This document shows, in pieces, positions 1 to 12,390 of a DNA stretch of 64,000 nt (position 1 is its first letter; each line of letters starts with the position of its first letter). The DNA comes from Tubulanus polymorphus (taxonomy: Eukaryota > Animalia > Nemertea). The translations under genes were made by a program, and so were the position numbers. The notes under the pieces are model-generated. The model worked only from the letters and a program-made list of their open reading frames with translations. It made no database searches and was not told the origin of the DNA. The DNA lies in contig NC_134030.1 in assembly GCF_964204645.1 (NCBI RefSeq), positions 14,322,110 through 14,386,109 on the forward strand. The letters run 5' to 3'.

Positions 1-1970
1 ATCAGATGGCACCAGTAAACTTCAACTGCGAAATTTGCAGCAGGATAGCTGAACGACACAATTTTTAAAAATAAAATGGCTATTCGAATGCTATTTCAAT
101 TATAACTTGATTCAACCAGAGAGAAATAAGTCAATTGCGGATGTACAGTACACCCACTTTTCTTCCCTGTTTCCTGGTACCAAATTTTTAGTCTTAAGCT
201 AAGCGATATTCTAAGGTATACTAGTGGATTTCATTAGAATATGAAGCAATGGAACCAGAATTCTAGTTAAGCGAACTATTGATTCTGATATAATGTAAGA
301 ACTGATTTCCTTTGTATACTCTTGCAGAATGTGTTATGTATTATTTCAAGCTGTTAAATAATATAGTTTGACAAATGTCCAATTATTGGATCTTTCTTGT
401 TGACTCGTTTAATTTTGTGAGTTAAGAGTTCCAGTCAATCCACAATGTGCAGTGCCTAGCCTTCATCTACACTAAAGCCATGCCTGTGTATGGGAAAAAA
501 ATATCGTTCGACTCCTATAGGCCAGACACATCAAAGCATGCAATACATTGCAGATAGTAGTCTCCGGCAAGTCGAAAGAGAAAGTAAACCAGGTTTTACC
601 CCGTACCCTACCCGGGAACAAAGACACTTAAAGATTCCTTCCTCCTTGTAGAAATTGTAGAAATATGGCACCCAATTGTAGCAATGCTAAGTACAGTATA
701 CTATGACGGTTGAACCTTTATTAACGAATTTCAATGACACCGAAAATAGAATCAAAATAATCATTAGTTCCATGCTAGCACTTAATTTGGGTTATCAGGT
801 TCAGCCTGATAACCCAACTGTACTTTCAACTGTACTTTCATTCAGCTACTACTTGTATGAGACTTGGCAATGATAAGTTGCAAGAAATCACCAAACATAA
901 GAAAAAATATTGTGAATTAATATTACTGTGATTAAGAATTTATTCAAATGAAGTGATAACTTCATTGTTAGATCGTACCGGTATATGCACATAAAACTAT
1001 GGCAAAAAACACATCTAACAATCCACGCAATCCGCAATCGATCAAGTCGATCATGACGACGACCTTCGGGCATGTCTCTGTAACCGAAGGTAGAGCATAA
1101 AACACGGTTCAGGACTCGTCAGCGGACACCGGCCCGGAAAACATTTCAAAACGTGTATTGTCGGTACCTAGCACGATTTCAGCGTTTTTCGGGAATTCCC
1201 TGAAATTTCGGCGTTTTTCGGAAATTCCCTGAAATTTCAGCGTTTTTATTTCAGCGTTTCAGCTTTTCAGTGTTTCAGCTTTTTCAGCGAAGTTCAGGAA
1301 CCGAGAGAATTAAAAACATTTTGAGCACAAAATATATCTGAAATATAGTAATACATCGATTTTTTTTTTTATGCATTCCTCTAATTACCAATTAATTTTC
1401 CTTCCCAATTATTACCCAAATTATGGTTTAACATCCTGGAGTTAATGATATATAAAAAAACGGGCAACTGATATAAGGAAAAAACGCATTTGCAGGTTAT
1501 GCCTGGTACAATTCCTTACAAGAGAATATCGCAGAGTTACTTAATCAAAAATTCATTATTTAGATATTTCCACCCTAACCGTATCAGTTAGCTTTGGTTC
1601 ACTATCTTCGTTTTATGTTTATCGACTGATTTATATAAGTAATATTCGAATGATCAAAATTAGTAGGGCTACAACTAACAAATCCATGCTGGTGAAACTC
1701 ATGAAACTGTGGGGAATCGAACCCCCTACTGTAAGACATGTTGGTCCCAGCAGTCGCCGCTTCCAGGATCACGCTCAAGCACAGTCCGCAAGTCGTAAAC
1801 TCTGTTTTGAAAATCCAACATGATAGGTATATGTAATAGGTGAAAAACTAGCATATCGATCAGTATCACTCAACGAAAATTTTCCTAGTACGGCCAGGTG
1901 ATGTTGTTACTCAGGCCTGCAACAGCATGTGCGAAATGCGTGTAAACATATGTACAATTACTAATCTAAA

Positions 1971-4489
1971 TTAAACATGCGTCAGTACAGGTAATGCAAT
2001 CATTCTACCGTCAGGAAACGCTAGATAAATAAAAGCAGAGAAATCACTACTTAAAATCTGGTTGGCCCGACGGGCTGCTACCCATGATAGTTTAAAATTA
2101 GTATTCAATTTTATAGGTTTTGTGTTACCTTCAGATTTAGCAATGAGATGCGATTTTTGCCAATTTATCATTAGGCTAGGTAACCATCCCCGTTTTACAT
2201 TCACGGCAAGGCCAGTCGGGTGCTGATTCATGCAATATGAATGTGGGCAATTGGGCAGCGTCAGCAAATCGATGTTCATGCAATCGTCTAGTGCTGATAA
2301 ACATAGTACTAATTTACAACCAAAATGCCACTGGTAAAATCGTATTAAAAACATTAGGTGCGCAATCACAACTAATACATGTGAGACACAGATCAAGATT
2401 ACTAGAATACTTAAAATCCGTTTTTCATTCTGGACGGTTGACCATATGTTTTCTACGAGGGACACACTATGAACTGAATCGTCATCGCTAGTAGGTGGTC
2501 CAAAATGTAGAGGGAGCTTATTGGAGGCTATTTTAAATGCGTTGGTCCCAGGTAGTTGACCCGATGCGATAACGGCTGCAGCTATTGTGGAAAGAGTTCG
2601 CCGTGTAAATATAATTGAATAAACTGAAAATGCTAATGAAATTAAGCTTAGAAATAGAGATATTGACTTATTCCAGGAATGAATGAATCCGTATTGGTCC
2701 ATTTGGCAGATAGAAGCGCATCAGCCTTAGTAGCGAATAGTTTTACCTTTTTGTGACCGTTTTCTGTCAGCTTCTTGAAATTCGCGGTAAATTTTCCTTC
2801 CTGGTGAGCTACCTCGTTCCACTTATCTCGAACTAATTTAATCTCCGGTAGAGTCACTTGGTGAATTTGAGACGAGTGATTTTCTGTATCTAATATTTTT
2901 TGTCTCTTATTAAAATCAAGGCGCTTGAAAAATGCCAAAATAACTGGTAGATTGATTGGGTGAGAATAAATTGGCGACATATCAGTCTTGTGACAATTCG
3001 TAATTTTCGCGGGGATTTTGAATTTGGATGATGTTATGCCGCAACCGCACGGTAGTTTTATTAAGCACAATGTTGCCGCGGTTATAGCTTTTACAGGCTT
3101 GCCGGGGCAGGTCAGGGACAAGGATGAGTCCCTGCCGCTCGCTAAGTACGTTCCGGATCCCAAGTCTAGGGCTCCCTCATAGAGACCGGATTCCTGGTAC
3201 CTAATGTCACAAAGACGCATAATGTTGTTGTGATCGTTGAAAAACAGTGCGCTCGCGCAACTGGATACAGAGCGCGACCTCATAGATCTAGCCGTCGGAC
3301 AGACTTTCACACCTTTACCTTCACATGCTGCATAGTCGCCTGTGTCAAGTTCAGTATAGAAGTCTCCCGAGTTAGTAACACCTATGTATGCCGGAAGGTA
3401 TTTTATTAGAGTACAGTTATCTGACGAGGCATTGACTGGTACAGGAATAGCGGAGATAGAATATATATTAAATTTTGTGCTAATTTTTGAAATTGGGAAC
3501 TTGACCGTAATATAAACAGCTCTGTCTGTCCTGGTGTAAAGGATGTCCCGAACTTGATAATAATGACCAGGGTCTGAATAAGATATTGAAAAGCCTGGGC
3601 AATCTTGGGATAGCAGGTCTCGAATTGACTTAATTGTATTAGCTATAATTTTGGTAGGGACTTAACTCATCGGCAAGTAGCCGTCAACCAGAGTTTGAAC
3701 ACCTGGTAGCCAATTGCGTGCCTCGAGTTCAGTTTGCATAGCTGCTTCCTGGTAAGCTGCAAAATACTGAATGAAATTACTGACAGCGGAGACTGAGGTA
3801 CTAAGATCCGAAATTCTTGCCGAGTTACGCGAAGATAGCTGTGGTAGTTTCATAAGATTGGTCTGGAGATTTGATATTAAATTATGATTATTTCCAATGG
3901 CTACCATGACATTCTTGAAGCGATCTGAGGTTAAATTCATGAACGACGACATTTCGTTACCCTGTCGAATAAGTTCGTTCTGTGTTAATTTGGCAAAGTT
4001 TTCCAGCTTCTGAACGTGGCCCCGAATTTCGTTTACTTCGTCTTCGGTGGCTGTTCCAAATAGGCTTTTGGATATGCTGCCCACAAAATTTAATAGGCCT
4101 CGCTTAGAGCGGGAGGCCACAGACAATTTCCTGGGCATCAAAAGCTTTATTTCGTTAGACACCGATTGAAACTGTGACGCTGACCGATTGCGTTGCTGGG
4201 TTAAAAGGTGTACACACTCGAGTAGTTGGTGACATATGTCGTCAGCATTTGGCGGACAGACCGGTGGTTTCAAAAAGGGGATAGGGTACTGAATCCATGG
4301 TAATGAATATGTATGGCTCCAATACGAGCCCGCATTATCAATCTGGCTCTGAAACGAGAAAAGGATGCCGTAATTCTTTCTTAATATAACCCTTTCATTC
4401 CCGATTGCACCATCCACTCGAGTGAGTAAAAAAATAAAAAGGTGAATAAAGAACGCTATGACTACCGCGTTGATCATCGTGCAACACAA
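1971..4489 (-). pseudogene. env: env-like class I fusion glycoprotein (baculovirus-F/errantivirus-like) split by a stop and frameshifts
   Basis: N-terminal signal peptide, furin site RSKR followed by fusion peptide GLLNFVGSISKSLFGTA, and a heptad region. Past the stop at 3662 the reading resumes after a frameshift (..YITVKFPIS..IPVPVN..) into Cys-rich ORF 2648..3310, then frameshifts into TM-bearing ORF 1971..2702. Confidence 0.88.
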
Positions 4490-4651
4490 ATAGTATGTAC
4501 GAGTACTAATTAGCGATTCATATGGTCAAGTAATAATATATAGGATAATTGAGTATACATAGGTGAATAACAAATAGATAGGGATTATAAATAGGTAGAA
4601 TATTACGGTTACTTAGTGTCCGATGTATACTCAGCGATGTATAACTTAGTG

Positions 4652-7218
4652 TCAGTTCTTTTTTAAGCGTCTTCTTTCCTTAATTTTTGACAATCTAAGT
4701 GTTTCTATCAGCCGTTTGTCTAGTATATTGCTTGCCGGCTCCCAGGACGGTGGATAGTCACCGACCCACTTCACCAAATATTGACGTTTATTTTTTCGCT
4801 TCCGCGATTTTAACAAACACTCCACGGAATAAGTTTCGACACTTTCTCTGTGATGAGTTTGGGCGTTGTCGGGGAAGGTCTGGTCTACCTCACCGATCTG
4901 ATTCGTTAGCTCTCCGTCGTCATCTGACCGATCTAGGGGTCTGTCTTTTGGGTGGATATAGGTCTTGAGTCTGTTTGCGTGGACCGGAGCTCGCAATACT
5001 CTTCCTGCCTGAGTTTTGAGCATGTAATTGACAGGTGATACTTTCTTGGTGACAATGTATGGACCATGATACGGGTGTAGGAGCTTCTTAGTGAGGCCAT
5101 TGATGTTTCTAGAATTATGGAGCCAGACTAAGTCACCCTCCGCGTACGGTGGTTCGGTGGCCTTAAATCGATTGTCGTGTTGTTCCTTTGTCTTTTGTCG
5201 GGTTTTCTCTAGATTTAGTTTGGCCCATTTACGTGCCTCTGTAAGTTTGTACTAATTATGTCGCTGATGTATTCGTTTGACGACTGAAATTTGTGTTCGG
5301 GTGGCAATAGCATAACGTCAATTGGCATGCGAGCTTCTCGTCCATGCATCAGATAGAACGGCGTATACCCCGTGCTTTTGACGATTGAGGTTCGGTGCGC
5401 GTGGAGCATAGCAGGAATAAACTCATCCCAGTCAGTTTGTTCAGAGTTGCAAAACATAATTAAGCCTTGGACCAGAGTGCCGTTATATTTCTCGGTGAGG
5501 CCATCAGTACACGGATGATAAGATGACGTGCGCACCTGATTGGTTCCACAAAGCTCACACAGTTCTTTGACTAGAGAAGATAGAAAATTTTGACCACGGT
5601 CATTAAGGATTGTGCCGGCTGCACCATGACGACAGAAAATTTCGTCAAAAAGTATGCGACCGATGACTAGTACAGTTATCGATTTACGCTTCTGCCCATC
5701 TAGTTAAATAATCAGTAATAACGAAGATATATTTATTCCCTCTCTTTGAACGATGTATTGGGCCCATGCAGTCAATAGCAATTCTGTCAAAAGGTGCCTC
5801 AACAGCAGGTATCGGTATCTGTGGTGCTATCTTTTTGTGTTTTGGTGTTTTTCGGGTAGAACATGGTCCAGTACAATATGTCCTCATACATTCCAGGCCA
5901 ATAGTACTTTGCTTTGATTTTCTCGTTCGTTTTCTCAAAACCAAAGTGGCCCCCCGTCACATCATCGTGATATGCTGTGAGGATATACTCTCTGAGCGAC
6001 ATAGGTAAATATATTTGCCTAGTTGCACCTGAGGTGTTACTTCGCCGTTTACGGTTTAGCAATCCGTCTCGATCTACAAAGTAGAATTCGGAACTAAGGA
6101 TCACTTCTCTAGCTAACCTGTCATCGTGAGGAAGCTCACGGGAAGTCAGATAGTCTAAAAGGTCGCAGGACCTAGGGTCGTCTCGTTGAGCCTGATATAT
6201 TATAGGGATTTGGTCATTCAACATTCGGGTCGCTCCAGTATATAGCATTGGTTCGGAATGTGCATCGGGACTGTCTATTGCGTTTACATATTGTCGTCTC
6301 GCCAGGGCGTCGGCATTGCTGTGCACGCGACCGGCTCTGTGGACTATCTCGATGTCGTATTCCTGAAGAGCTAAAGCCCAACGACATAAGCGACCCTGGG
6401 GTTCTTTCAGCGTCATTAGCCATCTTAGGGCATTTTGGTCGGTTACGAATCTGAATCGGCGCCCGTGGAGGTATGGTTTAAATTTCTTAATGCCCTCCAT
6501 GATTGCGGCCATTTCGCGTTGCGTCGTATCCCAGTTCTTTTCGCGAGGTAGGAAATTTCGTCCGCCGTAAGCAATCACGCGTTCGTTGCCGTCAATACGC
6601 TGACACAGAACGAGACCGATTGCGGTCGCGCTTGCATCAATGTGTAGTTCGAAGGGTTGGTTAAAGTCCGGAAAGGCTAGGACTGGGGGACTCGTCAGTC
6701 TGACTTTGAGCTCTTGGAATGCTCGTTCACAGGCCCCATTCCACTCGAACTTAGCATTTTTTCTGGTGAGTGTGTAAAGTGGACTGCATATTTCGCTAAA
6801 TTTTTCTATAAACCGACGATAATACGTCGCTAGACCGACAAAGGCTCGAACGTCTTTCAATGTTGTGGGGACTGGATACTCGTTTATTGCTCGACATTTC
6901 TCCGGGTCAGGCCTTATGCCTTCGCCACTGATAATATGGCCCAAACACAAAACGCTGTCGAGAGAAAAATGACATTTATCGGGTTTTAACGTGAGGCCAG
7001 CCTCTCGAAATCTTATAAATATCTGGTCAAGGTGGACCAAATGTTCCTCAAAAGTTCGTGAAAAGACGACGACATCGTCGAGATATATTGAACAGATTTT
7101 TCAGCTTAGGCCTCGGAGCACATTCTCCATCAATCTCTCGAAGGTACCTGGACTATTGCACAAGCCAAAAGGAAGACAATTGAATTCGAATAGGTCCCTG
7201 CTACAAGCAAAAGCAGCC
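4652..7218 (-). pseudogene. pol: Gypsy pol (RT-RNaseH-integrase-chromodomain), disrupted
   Basis: RT: LPFGLCNSPGTFER, YLDD at 7074-7085, in-frame TGA at 7101-7103. RNase H: LHIDASATAIG, REMAAI, TDQNAL, NADALAR. Integrase: H..GGHFG zinc motif and IDCMGP / NDRG / TEKYN catalytic residues across frameshifts. HGPY motif near 5060-5070. Chromodomain YSVECLLKSR..QYLVKWVGDYPPSWEP in ORF 4652..5023. Confidence 0.93.
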
Positions 7219-7220
7219 GT

Positions 7221-8074
7221 AAAATTGGCGCAATAAGCTCATAAAGGCTTTGTTTGGATGAGGTGAATACAGGCTGTCATCTGATTTCAGCAATCGTGAA
7301 GTTTCTGCTGAAAGGTGGAGATCGATGACATCTCAACAGCGAAAGCTGCACATTACGAAAGCATATGACCTTGCTTTCAATGAGGAAAATCTGAACGTAG
7401 AGCACTCTCTGATCAACCATCTGCAGCTTGCGAACATTGCTGATCATCTTTTAAGAGAAATGTGGAAAAAGGCTGAACACAATCATGCAATCTTTGATAT
7501 ATTTCATCACAGAAACATTAATGTTATCCCAGATGGGAATGATACATATATCGTAAATCACGACAATATAAGCATACTTGTTTATGTACTTCATTTAAAA
7601 AGCTCAATATATGTGGTCACATCCTGATTGCTGCTGAGAAACGTGGGGAATTTCTAATTGTACTTAAGCTCTATAGATATAATCCGGAAAGCAGCACTGA
7701 ACCAAAAGGAAAGTCAATTCGGCTAAAAAGGCCGAAAACGAAGAGGAGGAAGGAACAATGTATCTGCTGAAACCGTTTCTGTTCTTGAACTAACCAATCA
7801 GTACCTGTAACTAATCTGAATTCACCTAGGGTATTTAGTTTTTCTGAAATTTGGCACAACGAGGAGCCATTTGTGGTTAAGTGGAATCGAGATATTAACA
7901 ATTGCAGTAAGAATGTGCCTGTGTGTGAAACATGGTGAAACAAGGTGAAACAAGGTGGGAATTTTCATCAACGCATTACCTCCCGCAAACTTCATCATAT
8001 CTCATATAGAGAGGTATTACTTCCCAGAGAAGAATGAAAACGATGACACAAACATGGTTCCAACTAACAAATAA
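7221..8074 (+). pseudogene. C-terminal relic of a SWIM-zinc-finger (MULE-like) transposase
   Basis: Manual translation across stops and frameshifts gives KALFG*GEYRLS..RWRSMTSQQRK..EMWKKAE, a SWIM motif CLCTSFKKLNICGH (7579-7620), then EPFVV..PVCE..FIISHIERYYFPEK..MVPTNK. The last part is homologous to 57207..57524. The MULE assignment is inference. Confidence 0.6.
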
Positions 8075-8697
8075 GAGGCCCATGGGCCTTGAAGCATTGG
8101 TAGATTATACTGTGGTATTAAGTGGTTATAATGTTTTACATCTGCCGGCAAATCTTCTATGACGATGTTGATTGGGAGGACCACAGACTTAAAGGTCTAT
8201 TTGTCTAGTACGATTTTATTCCTGAAAATGAATTTATTTTCTTCCGAACGATTTAGCCTAGGCTATTTGTACTGTTAAACCTCATTAATGCGATTCTGTT
8301 AAAAAGACAAAACTAGTTTATTCTGCTGTTTTTCATCATGTCCCAGTCAAGATATTTATATCAATCAAGATTTGCATACAAAAACCCATTTTTACGCATG
8401 AACTGTTAGGCCCCACTGAATAATGAAAACAAAAACAGAACGATTTTTCTGAATGCAATTGCAAGACCCTCTGATCTTAGAGCTCCAAGCTCTGATGCAT
8501 GTACGCATGCAAAACGTCGCAGAGAGCGATGCCGGCGTTGGTGTCACTGAGGCCGGCTGATGATTGTTTGTTTGTCTTTTTGTTTGTTTAGCTTTACGTA
8601 CGGCGTTTGGATCTTGGTTTCCCAAGACTATTCCTATTAGATTGTTCATTTAACCTCACGACGGTACGGCTTTTGAAGTGTTGCCCGCACACTGTTC

Positions 8698-8788
8698 GCA
8701 GCAAGCAGGACTCGAACCCACTTGTCACTCTGCATTGATAGTGGATTCAACAGCATCACGCCTTATCTCACTGAGCTACCGAGGCCGC
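8698..8788 (-). repeat. tRNA-derived (SINE-head-like) sequence
   Basis: Minus strand has A box TAGCTCAGTGAG and B box GGTTCGAGTCC. The spacing is long and the acceptor stem poor, so it is not a functional tRNA. Confidence 0.6.
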
Positions 8789-10250
8789 TCTATTCAATTC
8801 CAAAAAACTACAGCAGCGGCAAATAACCATCGCAATATTGCAATTTACGACAAACAACGCGTAAATTCAATCACTGTTGTTTAACGCATGGAAAAGATAA
8901 TAAAAGGTATTTTTTCCCGGCGCAGCAGGCGGGTAGGGCGTCCTAAAGTGAAAACTTATATTAGAATATAGCCGAATCGAATTTTACAATGTCAGTCAAC
9001 TGATTGATGATACAACATGGTTGTTCTCGGCTTACTTAGCAATGATATTTTCCTCCAATAAACAACTCTGCTAAAATTGAATAAAATGATCTATCTTTAT
9101 TGGTGATATCGTATCATGGTGGTAGCCTACCGTATACCGTGTGATGTTTCGTGTCATCATGAAGTGGTTTTAACTTTAGTAAAGACGTTCCCGCACGATC
9201 ATATCCGGGTTTCAGTCACGAGTAGGCTGCCGTTCCACTGCTCTAGAAATACGTATTCTGACGCTGAGAATTAATCCCAAATATTCCCATGGATACTGAT
9301 AGTTGTAATAACAGTGACATCCTAACACTGTGATATTTATAAACCGGAGGTACATAATTTTATGTTTTTCTATTCAGAAGAGGCTGTTCCCCATTCTTTA
9401 CTACCAATGTCAATGCGGACATATCGCTACGCGATTGTTTAACCCGCTCTCATCTACCAGATAAAGAACGAGAAAATGCGATCGAATTACTTTTTGGACC
9501 ATTAAATCAGAAATCTGTCGACGCTATGTTGTGGGGAATAATTAAAACATTCTTTTTAGTCATTTTCAGCTGTTTCTAATGTTTTACGTGAACGGAGTGA
9601 CAATTTGAAGTTACCATGAAAATGAGAGGAGTCGGCGCTATTTTTTCTTACTACTATTTTCGATCCATTTTACTAGCATTGGCATGACGTCATAGACGTC
9701 AACCAATGCTAAAAATGGATACCAGGTATTACTGTGTCAAAAAGGATTCTGTGCTTCGAATACACCCTTATTACTGGAATGGTCGTCTAGATATGCACGT
9801 AGATCTTGGTGACGAACATAATAAAATCCTTGAAGAAAATCTTGATTAATGCATTAATTAGCTGAAATTTGAGAAAAATTGAATACTTCGAATATGACAT
9901 CTACATACATGTAGGACTTTTCGGCAAAATATCAATTAAATTCTGAGTCAATTGATAATTAAGATATTTAATTCAATTACAAGTCACATTAGTTCTTGGA
10001 AATCAAATTAATGACTCAAAAAGCGCAATTGTTCAAGTTTTATTGTTATCTGCATGACTTATCCACTATCAATTATGCAAGAAGCATCTTAAACACATTA
10101 TTATTCGAAAATGGAAATTGGAAATATTAAATTCATGGAATCAATTGTAAAGCTAAAAAAAGAAAACGGTTATGCTTCGGTCAAAGGAATGATAGATAAT
10201 TTGTTACCTAGCAGTGCGGGTTTGCATAGAACGTGTGATTCAGCTGTTAG

Positions 10251-10354
10251 CACTGACCGAGGCTTCAATATTGTAACCTAGGTCGGTTCACTGCACAATT
10301 TTTTTGTAAACACTGACCGAGGCTACAATATTGTAGCCTAGGTCGGTTCACTGC
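10251..10354. repeat. Direct repeat of two 44-bp palindromic units
   Basis: cactgaccgaggct(t/a)caatattgta(a/g)cctaggtcggttcactgc at 10251 and 10311. The second copy contains the perfect palindrome aggctacaatattgtagcct. Confidence 0.8.
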
Positions 10355-10631
10355 GTGACCTTCGCTTGCGATTACTGGCCTAACCCCAATCGGTTGTTTT
10401 TACAGTTTTTGAAGTACTGGCTAACTGGATGTTACCATAAATAAACAGTATTTTGAAGATGTGGCGACAGAGAGAATCTGTTTTTATTTCGTACTGTTCG
10501 CTATTCTGTGTCAAAATATGAATTGGGGGGGGGGGGGGCGTGTTGGCAACGAGTTCCGGGCAAAAGCAGAACGACCCTGTACAGCAGCCACCGGTCTTCT
10601 AGGAGGGATTGGAGTGTTTCGGCTGCGACAT

Positions 10632-10649
10632 TGGCGCCCGGTATGGGAC
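10632..10649 (+). promoter_or_regulatory. Primer-binding site, tRNA-Lys-like
   Basis: TGGCGCCCGGTATGGGAC versus the Lys3-type PBS TGGCGCCCGAACAGGGAC (14/18 match), directly after a CA LTR end. Confidence 0.7.
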
Positions 10650-11162
10650 CGTTCTGCTAAGTTGACGGTATGTTCTGGATTTTGTGCATGAATATTTGTA
10701 GTGGCTGTGCTTGCGATATTTTGTTGTGGTGCTTGGTTGTGCATGGTCATACTGTTTCCATTTCTCTGGTGGAAACTGATAGGTCATGGATTTTGTTTTT
10801 TATGCATGCTTATAAGTTGTTGCTCGATCAGTCGCTTGCTTGAACAGTCTGCTTAAATTACATTATTTTTTGTTTAAATGGTATGCTGTTGTAAGTTTCA
10901 ACAGTCGCTTGCTTAATAATTTGCATGACAAATGGTTCAAATTTTCAGTTTGTGATTTGTGCTGGTGAGAGTTGCATCAGTGCTTTGCTTACTTAAGGTT
11001 GGTTAGCGGTAGTGGTTGAACTGTGAAGTTTTTGTGTGTTTTGTCTGTAGGTGGAAGGAGTAATTTGGGTTTCGTTGTCTAGCAAACAAGTACTACCATT
11101 TGACAACGTAGCAGGGGAAATTTGAGTTAAAATTACTGTTGGGGTTATCAAATACGGCTGAG

Positions 11163-12340
11163 ATGTCGTTAGCTAGTAGGTTGGTTTTCCTAGATGTGGA
11201 TACCACAACTGTATCTGAAAGTGAGTTGCGGGAAGCATTGTCTTCCCATGGGGTGGTCGAACAAGTGGTACAGGTGTCTTGCGGGTTTTATGTTTTATTC
11301 GTGCGGGAGACTTACGCCAAGAAGGTAATTGCACTACGGGGTTTAGAAATTGGGACTACGATGGTGAAAGTTTCCCCGGTGGATGACAATGATCCGAGGG
11401 TGCAGGGGGTGATTGAACGGCTTGAAGAGCATATGGAGCATGAAATTTTAGGGAGGGCTAGGACTCTTTTAGATACGGTCACCAAAAACAGGGAGGCTAA
11501 GGAATCTCTGAGGGGTTCACTTAATCGATTGGTTACCCCGGTTGGAGTTAGAAATGACTTGGACCATACTGTGCCTAAAACCGTCGGAAGCCGGGGGCAA
11601 GCGGAGACGCAACCGGCGTGTACGTTCATTAACAGTCCGCGGTTAAGTGTGTTTTCAGGTACGGGTGCGAAAGGGGAGGTAACTTTTGCGCAGTGGAAAT
11701 ATGAAGTGCGGGGGTTGACCTTGGATAATTGTTTCAGCGACGCTGCAGTTATGCAGGTGATCCGTCGGTCAGTGAGAGGGGCTCCAGCCGAGTTGCTTTT
11801 GTCGATGGGGGAGTTTGCTCGCTCTGAAGATGTATTGAGAAAATTTGAGGTCATGTATGGTAGTGTGATGTCTCCAGCGCAGCGGATGTCTCAGTTTTAT
11901 ACTTCTGGGCAGAGAGTGGAGGAGGACGTGGCTATGTGGGCCTGTCGTCTAGATGATCTGAGGAGTAAAGCTAGCATTGGTGTCACAGAGGACGTGGTGC
12001 GGAATCAATTCTGCAGTGGACTGTCGGATTAAGCTGGCGGTGCGGCCTTTACTCCAGATAGCTTCAACTTTCCAGGATCTAGTGCTGGAAGCTTGGGTAG
12101 TTGAGCAGGAGTTAGGTGGCTTCCAAGGTGTGGAAGTCAAGCATGAGAAGGAAAGACGGAGAGGGGGTTTAGCGCATGCTGTATAAAGTCGCCAAGAAGA
12201 TTGTGGACCTGAAGTGAGTGCGGAGCGTGGCAACTGAAGGGCCGGTCAGATGCGAGAACGGTCATCGGTTCAGACTACTGCACCCGTCCCAGCAGTTGTG
12301 AGTTCGACTGAGGCCAAGGTGGACCAGCTGTTACAGCATG
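11163..12340 (+). pseudogene. gag: PNMA-type gag with N-terminal RRM-like domain; premature stop at 12030-12032
   Basis: Capsid motifs PRLSVFSG..FAQWKYEV..IRRSVRGAPAELL..FYTSGQRVEEDVAMWACRL. The N-terminal segment has an RRM-like pattern. First ATG is at 11163. Confidence 0.8.
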
Positions 12341-12390
12341 TTTTAATCTCATCTTTTCATCTTTTAATTCCACCATTTATTTTACATATT

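Larger units (their letters stand above)
1971..7218 (-). mobile_element. Ty3/Gypsy LTR retrotransposon with env gene; 5'-truncated (gag, protease and RT N-terminus missing), decayed
   Basis: Minus-strand order is RT, RNase H, integrase, GPY/F motif, chromodomain, then a separate env ORF. RT homology stops at about 7218 (TAAFACSRDLFEFNCLPFGL). No convincing LTR was found. Confidence 0.93.
10460..12340 (+). mobile_element. 5' portion of a second Ty3/Gypsy element (short LTR, PBS, gag), cut off by AT-rich Polinton DNA
   Basis: Candidate LTR TGTGGC..GCGACA at 10460-10630, followed 1 nt later by a PBS, a long leader and a gag ORF. Abrupt GC-to-AT compositional switch at about 12340. Confidence 0.75.

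Noticed and set aside
1178-1303. Cluster of TTTCAGC(G) short repeats, possible transposon subterminal region
   Set aside because: No partner end, TSD or coding sequence was found to support an element call.
1700-1970. 3' LTR of the env-bearing Gypsy
   Set aside because: There is no second LTR to compare and no clean PPT-TG..CA boundary.
8698-8788. Functional tRNA genes here and at 19778-19851
   Set aside because: A and B boxes are present but the acceptor and other stems do not pair; treated as tRNA-derived repeats.
11163-12032. Domesticated PNMA/Arc-like host gene
   Set aside because: The upstream LTR end and PBS, the premature stop and the truncation indicate an ordinary decayed retrotransposon gag.
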